From positions 143,684-207,683 of the forward strand of contig CACOMO010000002.1 in assembly GCA_902628335.1 (NCBI GenBank): DNA of 64,000 bases, in the 5' to 3' direction. Under the pieces are notes generated by a model. The model did no database searches and had not been told where the DNA came from. It saw only the letters and a program-made list of their open reading frames with translations. Shown piece by piece: positions 40,204 through 51,277 of this stretch; positions within the stretch are counted from its first letter, which is position 1, and the number at the start of each line of letters is the position of its first letter. This DNA is from an uncultured Gammaproteobacteria bacterium (GTDB lineage Bacteria > Pseudomonadota > Gammaproteobacteria > GCA-002705445 > GCA-002716945). A program made the translations under genes and the position numbers.

Positions 40204-40464
40204 CTATAAATCTTTCAGTTGTTTATTAAGTCTAGATTTATGTCTAGCAGCCTTATTTCTGTGCAATAGACCCTTTAATACTAATTTATCCATAATAGAA
40301 ACAGCCTGTTTATAGTCCTTGCTTGATTGATCTTTATTTTTCTCTGAGATTGATTTCAACACCTTTTTAACTGATGATCTGAACTCAGATTTTTGTGATG
40401 CATTTCGTGCTCTGGCTTTATTTGCTTGTCGCACTCTTTTTCTTGCTTGACTGGTATTTGCCAA
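40204..40464 (-). CDS. rpsT: 30S ribosomal protein S20
   Basis: TTG start after GAGGAG; ANTSQARKR...HRNKAARHKSRL. Confidence 0.96.
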   Translation of the reverse strand: MANTSQARKRVRQANKARARNASQKSEFRSSVKKVLKSISEKNKDQSSKDYKQAVSIMDKLVLKGLLHRNKAARHKSRLNKQLKDL

Positions 40465-40544
40465 TGTATTCTTCTCCTCATTAAAGGTAAAATAAAACAA
40501 GATTATCTCAGTGGAGCTTTTAACTGTCAATAGTTTGATACACA

Positions 40545-42128
40545 ATGATGAAAAATAAAGAGGAAAAAATTAAGGATTCTGTAGTGAAATCATCATTTAC
40601 TGTGGGTTTGATGACCTTCGTCTCCAGGATATCAGGATTTCTTCGAGATGTAGTATTTGCAAGTTACTTTGGTGCAGGATCAAATACTGATGCTTTTTTT
40701 GTAGCTTTTAAGATACCAAACTTTTTCAGAAGACTTTTTGCTGAAGGTGCATTTATACAATCATTTGTTCCAGTCCTGAATGATTATAAGGTAAATCGTC
40801 AACAAGATTTGAAAAAATTTATTAGCTATGTCCAAGGAAATCTTGGTTTTGTTTTAATAATTATTGTAACAGCAGGTATATTTTTTTCAGATCACGTCAT
40901 TGGCACATTTGCACCTGGTTTTGAGACCTCTAGTAATAGGTTCAATTTATCTTCTAATATGTTGCAAATTACCTTTCCTTATCTATTTTTTATTTCCCTC
41001 ACAGCCATGTCAGCAGGGATACTTAATACTTATGATAAATTTCTTCTTCCATCAATAACACCTGTACTATTGAATATCTCTCTAATTATGTTTGCCGTTT
41101 TTGCTTCAGGTTTAATTCAAGAACCTATTATGTCGCTTGCTTATGGTGTATTTGTTGCTGGAATTTTACAGTATTTAATTCAGATTCCCTCGCTAATCAA
41201 AATGGATTTGTTCGTACTACCACGTATAAGTTTGAAATTTGAAGGCGTAAACAGAGTGCTTAAGCTCATGTTGCCAGCAATGTTAGGGACAGCTGTTGTC
41301 CAAATAAATCTAATAATTGATTCGATTGTTGCCTCTCTGTTGGTAGCTGGAAGTATCAGTTGGCTGTATTATTCTGATAGACTTGTTGAACTTCCTCTTG
41401 GAATATTTGGTATTGCTATCGCGACGGTAATCCTCCCGAAGTTATCAGAGAATTACTCAAAAAATTCTATGGCTGAGTACTCCGAAATGATTCGAAGAGC
41501 TCTCAAAATTGCGCTAGTATTTAGTTTACCTGCAATGTTTGGTCTATTAGTTTTAGCGGAGCATGTTATATCTACCTTATTTCAATATGGTAACTTTACA
41601 ATAACAGATACCCTCATGAGCTCACTAAGCCTCGTTACATATGCAGTCGGGCTGCCTGCTTTTATTCTGATGAAAGTTTTGTTGACAGGCTTTTTCTCCA
41701 GACAAGATACTCTTACTCCCGTAAAATATGGAGCTATAGCTGTTATGTTTAACATTGTAATGAACCTCTCCGTTATTCTCTATTATTTCAAAAATCCTTT
41801 TCAAGGTGCTCATGCTTTGCTAGCACTAGCTACATCATTGTCAGCATGGCTACAAGTAATACTTCTTTACAGAAGATTATCAAGAGAGGGAATTATAGGA
41901 AAAAATTGTTTTCTGAACAGTGATTTCTACAAGTCATTAGTTAGCTGTATTGTCATGTCTATGTTATTAATTTTGCTCTTGCCTGAACTAAGTAAATGGA
42001 TCTCATACAAATATTATCTCAGGGGACTGTATATAGTAGCTTATGTAATACTTGGTGCACTAACATATTTATTGTTAATGAAAATTTTTAAAACGAATTT
42101 TAGACGGATGGTCTATGGAAATAATTGA
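40545..42128 (+). CDS. murJ: Lipid II flippase
   Basis: SRISGFLRD, PNFFRRLFAEGAF, DRLVELPLG. Confidence 0.96.
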   Translation: MMKNKEEKIKDSVVKSSFTVGLMTFVSRISGFLRDVVFASYFGAGSNTDAFFVAFKIPNFFRRLFAEGAFIQSFVPVLNDYKVNRQQDLKKFISYVQGNLGFVLIIIVTAGIFFSDHVIGTFAPGFETSSNRFNLSSNMLQITFPYLFFISLTAMSAGILNTYDKFLLPSITPVLLNISLIMFAVFASGLIQEPIMSLAYGVFVAGILQYLIQIPSLIKMDLFVLPRISLKFEGVNRVLKLMLPAMLGTAVVQINLIIDSIVASLLVAGSISWLYYSDRLVELPLGIFGIAIATVILPKLSENYSKNSMAEYSEMIRRALKIALVFSLPAMFGLLVLAEHVISTLFQYGNFTITDTLMSSLSLVTYAVGLPAFILMKVLLTGFFSRQDTLTPVKYGAIAVMFNIVMNLSVILYYFKNPFQGAHALLALATSLSAWLQVILLYRRLSREGIIGKNCFLNSDFYKSLVSCIVMSMLLILLLPELSKWISYKYYLRGLYIVAYVILGALTYLLLMKIFKTNFRRMVYGNN

Positions 42129-43038
42129 TAACTTACGAAAATTAGAGGCTCTCCGTAAAAGATCTGTTGTTACTATCGGTAATTTTGACGGAATTCATGC
42201 CGGTCATAGAGAATTGATCAAAGAGACACGATTATTGTCAGAGAGAAATAATATAAGCTCTATAGTTTTGACCTTTGACCCACTTCCTGAGGAATTTTTT
42301 AAGAGAGAGGGTTTCTTTAAATTAATGCCTATGACTGATAAATTACAGCATTTTAGAGAAGCTGGTATTGATGTAGTGATAAACATACCATTTACAAAAG
42401 AATTTTCAGAGATGTCTGCTTCGGATTTTATCAATGAAATCCTTATTAATAAGCTACAGACACAATACTTAATTGTTGGTAAAGATTTCAAATTTGGAAA
42501 TAATAGAGAAGGGAATTATGATACGTTGTCAAACGAGAAAAGTTTCAAAACAAATATAGTGAATATTATCAAAGATTGCGATGTGAAAATTAGCAGTTCT
42601 ATGATAAGAAAGCTGATCATGCGCGGAGATGTGGAAAGAGCTAACAACTATCTAGCAAATAGATTTGCCATGGATGGTTATATAGTTCACGGAGAAAAAA
42701 TGGGTAGGAAATTAGGCTACCCTACTGCGAACATTGAAATATGTAAATCGTTTCCAATAAATGGTATATTTTTGGTGGAAGTAGTTATTGAAAATACGGA
42801 AGTCAAATTTGGTTTAGCGAGCATAGGCAACAAACCAACATTTTCAGGAAAAAAAGACGTGTTAGAGGTTTTTATTTTTGATTATAATTCAGAAATTTAT
42901 GGAAAAAAAATGAAAGTATATTTTTATGAAAAATTGAGAAATCAGATAAAATTTGAAAATCAGGAAGACCTCATTATGCAAATGGATAATGACACTGCTA
43001 ATGCAAAGAATGTGCTAAAGGCTAAATATGGACTATAA
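42115..43038 (+). CDS. ribF: Riboflavin kinase / FAD synthetase
   Basis: GNFDGIHAGH, GRKLGYPTAN. Confidence 0.96.
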   Translation: MEIIDNLRKLEALRKRSVVTIGNFDGIHAGHRELIKETRLLSERNNISSIVLTFDPLPEEFFKREGFFKLMPMTDKLQHFREAGIDVVINIPFTKEFSEMSASDFINEILINKLQTQYLIVGKDFKFGNNREGNYDTLSNEKSFKTNIVNIIKDCDVKISSSMIRKLIMRGDVERANNYLANRFAMDGYIVHGEKMGRKLGYPTANIEICKSFPINGIFLVEVVIENTEVKFGLASIGNKPTFSGKKDVLEVFIFDYNSEIYGKKMKVYFYEKLRNQIKFENQEDLIMQMDNDTANAKNVLKAKYGL

Positions 43039-45742
43039 GGATACTCTAAACCTTCCTTCAACTAAATTTCCTATGAAGGCTAATCTACCACAAAAAGAAC
43101 CTGAAATACTCAAATTTTGGGATGATATCAATTTGTATCAAAGTATAAGATCGAAAATGAGTGGCGCGGATAAGTACACGCTACATGATGGACCACCCTA
43201 TGCAAATGGAGATATTCATATTGGTCATGCTGTTAATAAAATACTTAAAGATTTTGTTGTGAAAAGTAGAACAATGTTTGGTTATGACTGTCCATTTATC
43301 CCAGGGTGGGATTGTCATGGTCTACCTATAGAGCTTATGGTAGAAAAAAAATATGGCAAATCTAAATTTAAAGATAATAAAAATGCTTTTAGAAAAGCTT
43401 GTAGGGACTTTGCATCAAAACAAGTAAAAAAACAAAAGTTAGATTTCATCAGATTAGGCATCACAGCTGACTGGAGTAACCCATACCTTAGTATGGATAA
43501 AGATTTTGAAGCATCAACTATTGAGAGTTTTGCGAAAATATTATCCAATAATCATGTCTATTATGGTTCAAAACCAGTTCATTGGTGTATAGAATCTGAA
43601 TCTGCACTAGCAGAAGCTGAAGTTGAATATCAGGATGTAACATCTAAATCTTTATACGTTGTGTTCAATTCGAAGATGGATAACGAGAGTGTTGGTTTAG
43701 TTGTTTGGACAACAACGCCTTGGACTTTGCCAGCTAATAGAGCTATTGCGGTTGGTGGAGACATAGGGTATTGCGTTGCCCAAAATGGAGGAAAAAAATA
43801 TATTTTTGCTATGGATCTACTCACACATATTGAGAATGAACTAAATATTAAATTAAATATTGTAAAAAAATGCTCTGCAGAAGATCTGTTGAAATTAAAA
43901 GCAAGGCATCCCTTCTATGATTTAGAAGTACCAGTAATTGTAGCACCTCACGTAAACACTGAAACAGGAACAGGGCTAGTTCATATAGCTCCTGGTCACG
44001 GACAAGAAGACTACTTAGCAGGAGTAGAGAATGATCTTGAAGTGTTCAATCCGGTTGATGAGAAAGGATTCTATAATGAATCTCTTGAATTTTTTGGTGG
44101 TATAAATGTAAGGGATGCTGATAAATCTATAATTGAAAAAATAAAAAATAATGATTGTTTACTAGGAGTAAAAGATTATTCGCATAGTTATCCACATTGC
44201 TGGAGGTTCAAAACACCTCTTATATTCCGGGCTACACCACAATGGTTCATTAGTATGGAGAATAATAACCTAAGGAGCACTGTGAGAGACTCAATAGACA
44301 GAGTTGAATGGGTGCCTAGCTGGGGCTTAGAGAGAATAAAAAATATGATAAATAACCGTCCAGACTGGTGTATATCTAGGCAGAGATTTTGGGGTGTCCC
44401 AATTCCCCTTCTGGTTCATAGAGAATCTGGTGAGCTTCACCCTAAAATACATGAATTTTTAAAAAAAGCAGCTGACATTGTAAGACAAGGTAACATTGAG
44501 GCTTGGTTTGAATATGATAAAACTAAAATCCTCAGTGAGAGTCTCGAAGATTATGAAATAGTTACAGATACACTTGATGTGTGGTTCGACTCAGGCGTGA
44601 CCCATATATCGGTAATGGAAGAAAGAGAAAATACAGAACAAGCAGATCTCTACTTAGAAGGATCAGACCAACATAGAGGTTGGTTTCAATCATCATTATT
44701 AACATCATTAGCAATTAAAGAGAAAGCGCCGTATAAAAAAGTTCTTACTCATGGATTTGTAGTAGATGCTAATGGCCAAAAAATGTCTAAATCACTTGGT
44801 AATGTGATATCGCCACAAGCAATAATTAAAGATAAAGGATCAGATATTCTTAGATTATGGGTTGCTACAACAGATTACACAAAGGAGATGAATATTTCAG
44901 ACGAAATTATCAAGAGAACAAGCGAGTCGTACAGGAGGATAAGGAATACACTTAAATTCCTCATCTCAAACATAAATGATTTTGATAATAACAGCATAGA
45001 GTTCAATAAACTTACTTTACTAGATAAATGGATTCTTTGGGAAACAAAGAACTTACAAGAGAGAGTGAAGAAAAATTACAAAGACTTTAAATTTCATCAA
45101 ATTGTTCAAGATATTCAGAATTTTTGCACCATTCACCTTGGTGGATACTATCTTGATATCATAAAAGATAGATTATACACAACGAAAAAAGAATCAATAG
45201 CGAGGAGGTCATGTCAAACATCATGCTTTGAAATACTTAATTTTTTGAATTTAGCTATTGCTCCAATTCTATCGTTTACATCAGAAGAGACTTTCAGATA
45301 CTATAAGGAGGGTAAGGACTCAATCTTCCTAGAAGAATGGAAAGATATCTCTATTGATTTAACAGAAAATGAAATTAATACAGGGAAAATACTATTTAAC
45401 CTTAAGGAACACATATCTAGAGAATTAGAGGATGTCAGGAATAACGGTGTAATCAAATCATCACTGGACGCAGACATAGAACTTAGTATTGAATCTAGAA
45501 GTTATATCGCATTAAAAGAATTCGAAACAGAGCTTAAATTTATATTTATATCATCAAAATTTTCTTTATTAGAAGCTAAAGATGGTAATCTACAAATAAA
45601 AATTAGAAAAAGTAATGAGAAAAAATGTGAGAGATGTTGGCATCGAGATGAAACTGTCGGAACAATTACTGAACATAATCAAATTTGTCAAAGGTGTTAT
45701 TCAAATATCTTCGATAGCGGCGAAGTGAGAACCTTGGGTTAA
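43028..45742 (+). CDS. ileS: Isoleucyl-tRNA synthetase
   Basis: PPYANGDIHIGH, GWDCHG, KMSKS, C-terminal CERC/CQRC. Confidence 0.98.
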   Translation: MDYKDTLNLPSTKFPMKANLPQKEPEILKFWDDINLYQSIRSKMSGADKYTLHDGPPYANGDIHIGHAVNKILKDFVVKSRTMFGYDCPFIPGWDCHGLPIELMVEKKYGKSKFKDNKNAFRKACRDFASKQVKKQKLDFIRLGITADWSNPYLSMDKDFEASTIESFAKILSNNHVYYGSKPVHWCIESESALAEAEVEYQDVTSKSLYVVFNSKMDNESVGLVVWTTTPWTLPANRAIAVGGDIGYCVAQNGGKKYIFAMDLLTHIENELNIKLNIVKKCSAEDLLKLKARHPFYDLEVPVIVAPHVNTETGTGLVHIAPGHGQEDYLAGVENDLEVFNPVDEKGFYNESLEFFGGINVRDADKSIIEKIKNNDCLLGVKDYSHSYPHCWRFKTPLIFRATPQWFISMENNNLRSTVRDSIDRVEWVPSWGLERIKNMINNRPDWCISRQRFWGVPIPLLVHRESGELHPKIHEFLKKAADIVRQGNIEAWFEYDKTKILSESLEDYEIVTDTLDVWFDSGVTHISVMEERENTEQADLYLEGSDQHRGWFQSSLLTSLAIKEKAPYKKVLTHGFVVDANGQKMSKSLGNVISPQAIIKDKGSDILRLWVATTDYTKEMNISDEIIKRTSESYRRIRNTLKFLISNINDFDNNSIEFNKLTLLDKWILWETKNLQERVKKNYKDFKFHQIVQDIQNFCTIHLGGYYLDIIKDRLYTTKKESIARRSCQTSCFEILNFLNLAIAPILSFTSEETFRYYKEGKDSIFLEEWKDISIDLTENEINTGKILFNLKEHISRELEDVRNNGVIKSSLDADIELSIESRSYIALKEFETELKFIFISSKFSLLEAKDGNLQIKIRKSNEKKCERCWHRDETVGTITEHNQICQRCYSNIFDSGEVRTLG

Positions 45743-46234
45743 ATGAATCGACTATTTATACCAGGCATTTTTTCAATAGTCTTGCTAGATCTTTTTGTAA
45801 AATATGCCATCGAGTTTTTTGACTGGGGAACAAAACCTACATCAATCTCTCACTTTCTAATGATAAGTAAAACGTACAATAAAGGTTTATTCTTTGGGAT
45901 AGCGCACTCTAGCGATCTATTTGTAAATTATTCTATCATCCTCCTGATGACTTTAGTTATCCTAGCGCTCATTTTTTATGTCTGTAAGCTTCTAGATAGT
46001 AATAATAATTTATCTAGAGTATCAAAAATATCTTGGATGCTATTACTAGGTGGTGGGATTGCCAATTATATAGATCGAGTCATGGACAATAAGGTAACAG
46101 ATTATATTATCTTACATTATGACGAATTTTATTTCCCAGGAATTTTTAATATTGCTGATTTTTTTATATCAGTAGCATTCATTTTTCTTGTTATAGATAT
46201 ACTAATTTCTAATGAAAAAAAAGATAGAATATAA
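45743..46234 (+). CDS. lspA: Lipoprotein signal peptidase
   Basis: NKG, GGIANYIDR, VTDY, FNIAD. Confidence 0.93.
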   Translation: MNRLFIPGIFSIVLLDLFVKYAIEFFDWGTKPTSISHFLMISKTYNKGLFFGIAHSSDLFVNYSIILLMTLVILALIFYVCKLLDSNNNLSRVSKISWMLLLGGGIANYIDRVMDNKVTDYIILHYDEFYFPGIFNIADFFISVAFIFLVIDILISNEKKDRI

Positions 46235-46658
46235 GACAAAAGTTGATTTACATTATTCCATATCAAATAAGGATAATATAATATTTGAGTCCACTTTTGA
46301 TAAAAAACCAATTACATTAGAAATTGGTGACGGGACAATACCTCAAAAATTAGAAATAACTCTATATGGTCTTTGTGAACATGATTTACAGGAGATTGAA
46401 CTTCAACCAAAAGATGCTTTTGGATTAAGGGATGATAAAAATTTAAAAAACATCGCAAAAAAGGATTTCCCAAACGACCAAATGGTTAAAATAAACAACG
46501 TATTAGAGGTTGACGTGAAACAAAATGATGGGAAAATTACTTCGACATTTGCTATTATTAAAGAGATTAAACAAGATCAAGTAACGCTTGATTTAAATCA
46601 TCCTCTAGCAGGTATGATAATTAAATTTAAAGCAGAAATTGTTAAAATATATGACTAA
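46212..46658 (+). CDS. fkpB: FKBP-type PPIase (SlpA/FkpB)
   Basis: DAFG, LDLNHPLAG; ileS-lspA-fkpB-ispH synteny. Confidence 0.88.
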   Translation: MKKKIEYKTKVDLHYSISNKDNIIFESTFDKKPITLEIGDGTIPQKLEITLYGLCEHDLQEIELQPKDAFGLRDDKNLKNIAKKDFPNDQMVKINNVLEVDVKQNDGKITSTFAIIKEIKQDQVTLDLNHPLAGMIIKFKAEIVKIYD

Positions 46659-47607
46659 AAAATTAGATGGACTAAAAATTGTATTGGCAACTCCTAGAGG
46701 ATTTTGTGCAGGAGTTGAACGAGCCGTGGGAACGCTACAAAAAGCGATTGACTCATTTGATAGTCCTGTCTATGTTAAACACGAAGTTGTTCATAACAAA
46801 TTTATAATAGAAGACTTCAAGAAAAAAGGTGTCAAATTCATAGAGGATATAGACCTTGTTCCAGATAATTCTGTATTGATTTATAGTGCACATGGCGTAT
46901 CAAAAGATGTAAAAAAAGCTGCCCAGGAGAAAAATCTTAAAATCTTTGATGCAACATGTCCTCTAGTCACAAAAGTACACATTGAGGTCCATAAACACGC
47001 AAAAAATGGGACAGATGTAATTCTCATAGGCCATAATGGTCATCCTGAAATAGAGGGCACTATGGGGCAATATGACTCTGATAGAGGTAATATATATCTT
47101 ATTGAGGACGAGGAAGATGTTAGGAACCTAGAAATCGAAAATAATGACTTAGCTTACGTTACTCAAACTACATTATCCATGGATGATACGAGTAAAATCA
47201 TCCATTGCCTAAAAGAAAAATTTCCTCATATCCAATCTCCTGCAAAAGAGGATATTTGCTACGCTACACAGAACAGACAAGATGCAGTAAATTCTATTAT
47301 AGAATACTGTGATTTTTTAATCGTAATAGGATCAAAAAATAGCTCTAATTCAAAGAGACTAGCTGAACTAGCAGAAAAGAACTCAGTGCCCGCAGTTTTA
47401 ATAGATCATAAAGGTGATCTTGATATGGAATCATTGAGCGGTAAAAAAGTCATAGGCATAACAGCTGGAGCGTCAGCTCCTGAGATTCTGTTTAATGACG
47501 TACTCGATTATCTAATATTTCACGGAGCGAAGATCAAAGATTTTGGTCAAGAGAATAAAATAGAAAATATAACATTCGGACTTCCAAAGGAACTTAGGAA
47601 CCTATAA
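46651..47607 (+). CDS. ispH: 4-hydroxy-3-methylbut-2-enyl diphosphate reductase
   Basis: PRGFCAGV, DATCPLV, ICYATQNRQ, SSNS. Confidence 0.97.
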   Translation: MTKKLDGLKIVLATPRGFCAGVERAVGTLQKAIDSFDSPVYVKHEVVHNKFIIEDFKKKGVKFIEDIDLVPDNSVLIYSAHGVSKDVKKAAQEKNLKIFDATCPLVTKVHIEVHKHAKNGTDVILIGHNGHPEIEGTMGQYDSDRGNIYLIEDEEDVRNLEIENNDLAYVTQTTLSMDDTSKIIHCLKEKFPHIQSPAKEDICYATQNRQDAVNSIIEYCDFLIVIGSKNSSNSKRLAELAEKNSVPAVLIDHKGDLDMESLSGKKVIGITAGASAPEILFNDVLDYLIFHGAKIKDFGQENKIENITFGLPKELRNL

Positions 47608-47955
47608 GTCATGTGTAACATTATCATCTAGTTCCTCATCAGGCGGTGCGTATGAAGGGTCATTAGGATTAAGGAAGATAAACTCAAATTTATCTTTTTC
47701 AATTTCTACGAAATCAAGTTTACAATTTTTTAAGTTAACCATGGAATCAGGTGAGATAACTATTTCGATACTATTTATCTTAAGACGCAAGTCCTCTTCC
47801 TTTGATTGATCAAATCCCATCAGATAATTATACTTACCATCTTTAATGTCTACTGCAATCCTCAATGGCCATCCTTTTGAATCCGATGCCTCTGATGCCT
47901 TAGATATCTGCTTTGCCGCCTTGTCAGTTATTTCAAATATTTGTTTTTGTTTCAT
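47602..47955 (-). CDS. dsrR: DsrR (IscA-like, lacking the cluster-binding Cys set)
   Basis: IscA-like LRIA...MGFD...LDFVE...FIFLNPND; last gene of the dsr operon. Confidence 0.85.
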   Translation of the reverse strand: MKQKQIFEITDKAAKQISKASEASDSKGWPLRIAVDIKDGKYNYLMGFDQSKEEDLRLKINSIEIVISPDSMVNLKNCKLDFVEIEKDKFEFIFLNPNDPSYAPPDEELDDNVTHDL

Positions 47956-49310
47956 TTATTTTTCACTATAAAATCTAAGAAATTTTTTATCCATCTTATT
48001 TTACTGGTATCTCTTATATGACTATATGTAGCTATAAGATTTTTAACAATTATTCCATCAGACTTTCCATCTACGCCATATCCTCTTTTGACGTTAAAAG
48101 CGAAATCATTTCTAGCAAAGTCTCCCTCCAACCTTGAGTGGTGAAATTCATGACCAGGAATAGATTTTTTATGAGGAAGCCATAGATGTTTTTGTTTAGT
48201 TTCTAAATGCACGTAGCCTCTTCCAACAGGTTGGTCATGCATTGTTGTATCACCATCAATAGCTCCTATCATTTTGTATTTCCTATTTTTGAATTTTATA
48301 CTTTTAGATAAATACATCAACCCACCACACTCAGCATAAGTTGGGCCATAGTTATTTATAAAAGATTTTATCTCTTTTTTTAACGAGGTATTTCTGGATA
48401 ATTTGTCCAGATATAACTCTGGAAATCCACCACCAATTATCAATCCGTCAATACATGGGAGCTTCTTATCCTTGAGTGTGTTTATGTATTTGATCTTTAC
48501 ACCATGACTCAAGAGCTTATCAATATCATCTTGATAATAAAAACCAAATGCTTTATCACTAGCTATGCCTATAGTGATATTTTTAAATTTTTTTAAACGA
48601 TTAGTTGTCGTTGGCATAATTGAAGTATGATTTTTCTCACAAAGATTAGTAAATTTGACAATATCAACTGATGTTCTTATGACTTTTTTTATGGCTTGAA
48701 TTTTCTTATGAGCAAGACTTTCAAGGAAATAAGGTTTTAGACCTAGGTGCTGTTCTTCTATTATCAAATCCTTATTTTTCCAAATCGATCCTAATATCCT
48801 TATGTCTGAATATTTTTGAATAGAAGCTATTAACTTATCCTCGTGTCTACTTCCATTGACTTGATTGAGGATTAGACCATGATATTTAATTTTTGTGTCA
48901 AAAGATGTGTATCCATTTACTAGAGGTGCAATACCTCTCGTCATGCCCTCACAATCTATTACTAGTATGACTTTGAGACCTAATAATTTTGCCAATGCAG
49001 CATTACTGTCACTTCCATTTAATTTTACACCGTCAAAAAGACCCTTGTTAGCCTCAACCATCGATATTTCTGATTTGGCTGTTTTTTGACAAAACAAATC
49101 TCTTACCTCGTTGTTAGTCATGGTGTGAAAGTCAAGATTATAACAAGGGCGATTTGACGCAGCTGATAACCATAAAGGGTCTATATAATCTGGGCCTTTC
49201 TTGAATAAGGAGAGTTGTTTACATTTTTTTGACAAAATAGCTGTCAAGCCAATGGTAACTGTTGTTTTACCTGAAGATTTTTTTGTTGATGCTATTAGAT
49301 AGGAATTCAA
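47952..49310 (-). CDS. dsrN: Siroheme amidase DsrN (CbiA-like)
   Basis: SSGKTT, FKKGPDYIDP, AECGG, HEFH; position in the dsr operon. Confidence 0.9.
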   Translation of the reverse strand: MNSYLIASTKKSSGKTTVTIGLTAILSKKCKQLSLFKKGPDYIDPLWLSAASNRPCYNLDFHTMTNNEVRDLFCQKTAKSEISMVEANKGLFDGVKLNGSDSNAALAKLLGLKVILVIDCEGMTRGIAPLVNGYTSFDTKIKYHGLILNQVNGSRHEDKLIASIQKYSDIRILGSIWKNKDLIIEEQHLGLKPYFLESLAHKKIQAIKKVIRTSVDIVKFTNLCEKNHTSIMPTTTNRLKKFKNITIGIASDKAFGFYYQDDIDKLLSHGVKIKYINTLKDKKLPCIDGLIIGGGFPELYLDKLSRNTSLKKEIKSFINNYGPTYAECGGLMYLSKSIKFKNRKYKMIGAIDGDTTMHDQPVGRGYVHLETKQKHLWLPHKKSIPGHEFHHSRLEGDFARNDFAFNVKRGYGVDGKSDGIIVKNLIATYSHIRDTSKIRWIKNFLDFIVKNK

Positions 49311-49319
49311 AACTCACCA

Positions 49320-50534
49320 TTAACTATCAGATCCAACAGCTTTCTTTGCCTCTGGAGACTTTATGACTGTAGGTAAAAAATCTAGATTTGCAATACCTAT
49401 TAGCACAATAATAAGAGATAAAGCAACACCACCTAGTCCTAGACCTAACTCCCATATAGTTGGAATATAAGTATGGATGACATTGTCATAAAAACTACTC
49501 TCCAGAATTTCATAATTAGTGAACATTTTAAGTGGGTATGCTTGTCCAGCAATTATGATAACGTACATAGCAAGGAAACTTCCAACAAGTATTAACAAGG
49601 TAGCGCTCATTAAACTGGATTCTGATTTGTTTTCATCTCTGAATAATATATATAAAGGTAATATCAGACCTATGACAACCTGCCCAACCCAAAATGCAAT
49701 AGTATAAACACCACCATTTAAAAGAATAAATTTCTCAAATTCAAGGTGTTTGGATATATATAAATTTGTTACATGATATAAAATAAGAAAGTAAAGATTT
49801 GCAAATAGAAAAAGTAGGGTTAGTTTCCGTAAGTTTTGTAATATCTCTTCAGAAAAAAGTGTCTTTTGAAAATAATTAATTGCTTTCACTATAAGAAAAT
49901 ATACTACTGTCCCATACAGGAGAGACATTATTATAAATAATGGAGCTAATATTGCTGTGCCATAAGCCTCGCGTGAGATGAGGAAACCAAATATTGAACC
50001 TGTTCCTGTCGTTAAAACAATCCTCCAAGTGAAAGCGAAAATTCCAGCTGGTCTAGAAAACTTGTTTACATTTCTATCTAGCATGGTCCAAATATATATT
50101 GCTAAAATCCCTGCAAATCCAGAGTACAGGAAAATATTCCAAGCGAAGATGGATTTAAAATTATATGTCGTCATCGCTACTATTAATCTATCCGGCCTAC
50201 CAAGATCTAGGACTAATATGGCTAGTCCTGATATTAAAAAGGCCATAGCCAGTAAAGCTGACAATGGGGCAAGGGGTTTGTATAACTTTTTATCAAATAC
50301 CGATGATATAGACGCAATGTTTAATACACCAGACGCTATGACTATTAAGAGGACTGCAAAGATATGAGGTAATCCCCAAACAATTTGATTATTCATTCCT
50401 GTAACATAGTGACCCTCTGTCTCCATATAATGTGAGCACAAATAACCAATCAAAATGACAAAACCTAAACCAAAAAACATCATCCAAAAAGTTTTTGATT
50501 CTATCTGAAATTTCTTAAATATTATTTTTTCCAT
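49320..50534 (-). CDS. dsrP: DsrP (NrfD-family membrane protein)
   Basis: VWGLPH, DLGRPDR; synteny. Confidence 0.92.
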   Translation of the reverse strand: MEKIIFKKFQIESKTFWMMFFGLGFVILIGYLCSHYMETEGHYVTGMNNQIVWGLPHIFAVLLIVIASGVLNIASISSVFDKKLYKPLAPLSALLAMAFLISGLAILVLDLGRPDRLIVAMTTYNFKSIFAWNIFLYSGFAGILAIYIWTMLDRNVNKFSRPAGIFAFTWRIVLTTGTGSIFGFLISREAYGTAILAPLFIIMSLLYGTVVYFLIVKAINYFQKTLFSEEILQNLRKLTLLFLFANLYFLILYHVTNLYISKHLEFEKFILLNGGVYTIAFWVGQVVIGLILPLYILFRDENKSESSLMSATLLILVGSFLAMYVIIIAGQAYPLKMFTNYEILESSFYDNVIHTYIPTIWELGLGLGGVALSLIIVLIGIANLDFLPTVIKSPEAKKAVGSDS

Positions 50535-50536
50535 AT

Positions 50537-51277
50537 TTAAATGTTAGAGTAAGTAACTCTTTGCTTCAATGAGAGATCAGCTCGAAGTCGTCTATTTTGC
50601 TTAGTTTTAAGAGCTTGGCTTACTCTGCTGTTAGGATCAGATAAATCACCAAAAGATATAGCTTTGTGACCCTCTTTCATGCATGCTTCCTCACATGCGG
50701 TAGTGGGAATACCATGATCAATTCTATTAACACAAAAATTACAACTTTCCACGCAACCTTTGCCCCTAGGTGCAGTTGTAACTTGTTCAGTTAAATTTTC
50801 GTGAACAAATGATCTAGCTTTAAATGGGCATGCCATCATACAGTAACGACAACCTATACATGTATGCTGATTTACCATAACTATACCATCAACTCTCCGA
50901 AATGAAGCACCAGTTGGGCAAACGTCACAGCATGGTGGATTCTCACAGTGCTGGCATAACATTGGCACAACTTTAACCTTATCTGTTTTGATATCCTTTA
51001 TTGTTAGTTTTCTTATCCATTGTGAGTCTGTCTCAGGTCTATCAAAACCATACAAACCATTCTCTTCTACGCACGCATCAACACATGCTGTACAACCTTT
51101 AGCGCACTTATCAACGTCTATACTCATCGCCCATTTTGTATCTGAGTTAACTTCCTCGTTAAGTGGTTTTGCAGCTTGCGCAGAGGTAATTATGTCAGGA
51201 ATAAAATATACAGTCGACAGTAGAGAAATCGATTTCACTATAAAACCTCTTCGACTAAGTTTAGTGTCAATAGTCAT
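50537..51277 (-). CDS. dsrO: DsrO periplasmic Fe-S protein
   Basis: SRRGF Tat motif, CQHCENPPCCDVCP, CIGCRYCMMACP. Confidence 0.93.
   Translation of the reverse strand: MTIDTKLSRRGFIVKSISLLSTVYFIPDIITSAQAAKPLNEEVNSDTKWAMSIDVDKCAKGCTACVDACVEENGLYGFDRPETDSQWIRKLTIKDIKTDKVKVVPMLCQHCENPPCCDVCPTGASFRRVDGIVMVNQHTCIGCRYCMMACPFKARSFVHENLTEQVTTAPRGKGCVESCNFCVNRIDHGIPTTACEEACMKEGHKAISFGDLSDPNSRVSQALKTKQNRRLRADLSLKQRVTYSNI

Noticed and set aside
47952..49310. Cobalamin biosynthesis gene cbiA/cobB
   Set aside because: Position between dsrP and dsrR identifies it as dsrN; no other cob genes nearby
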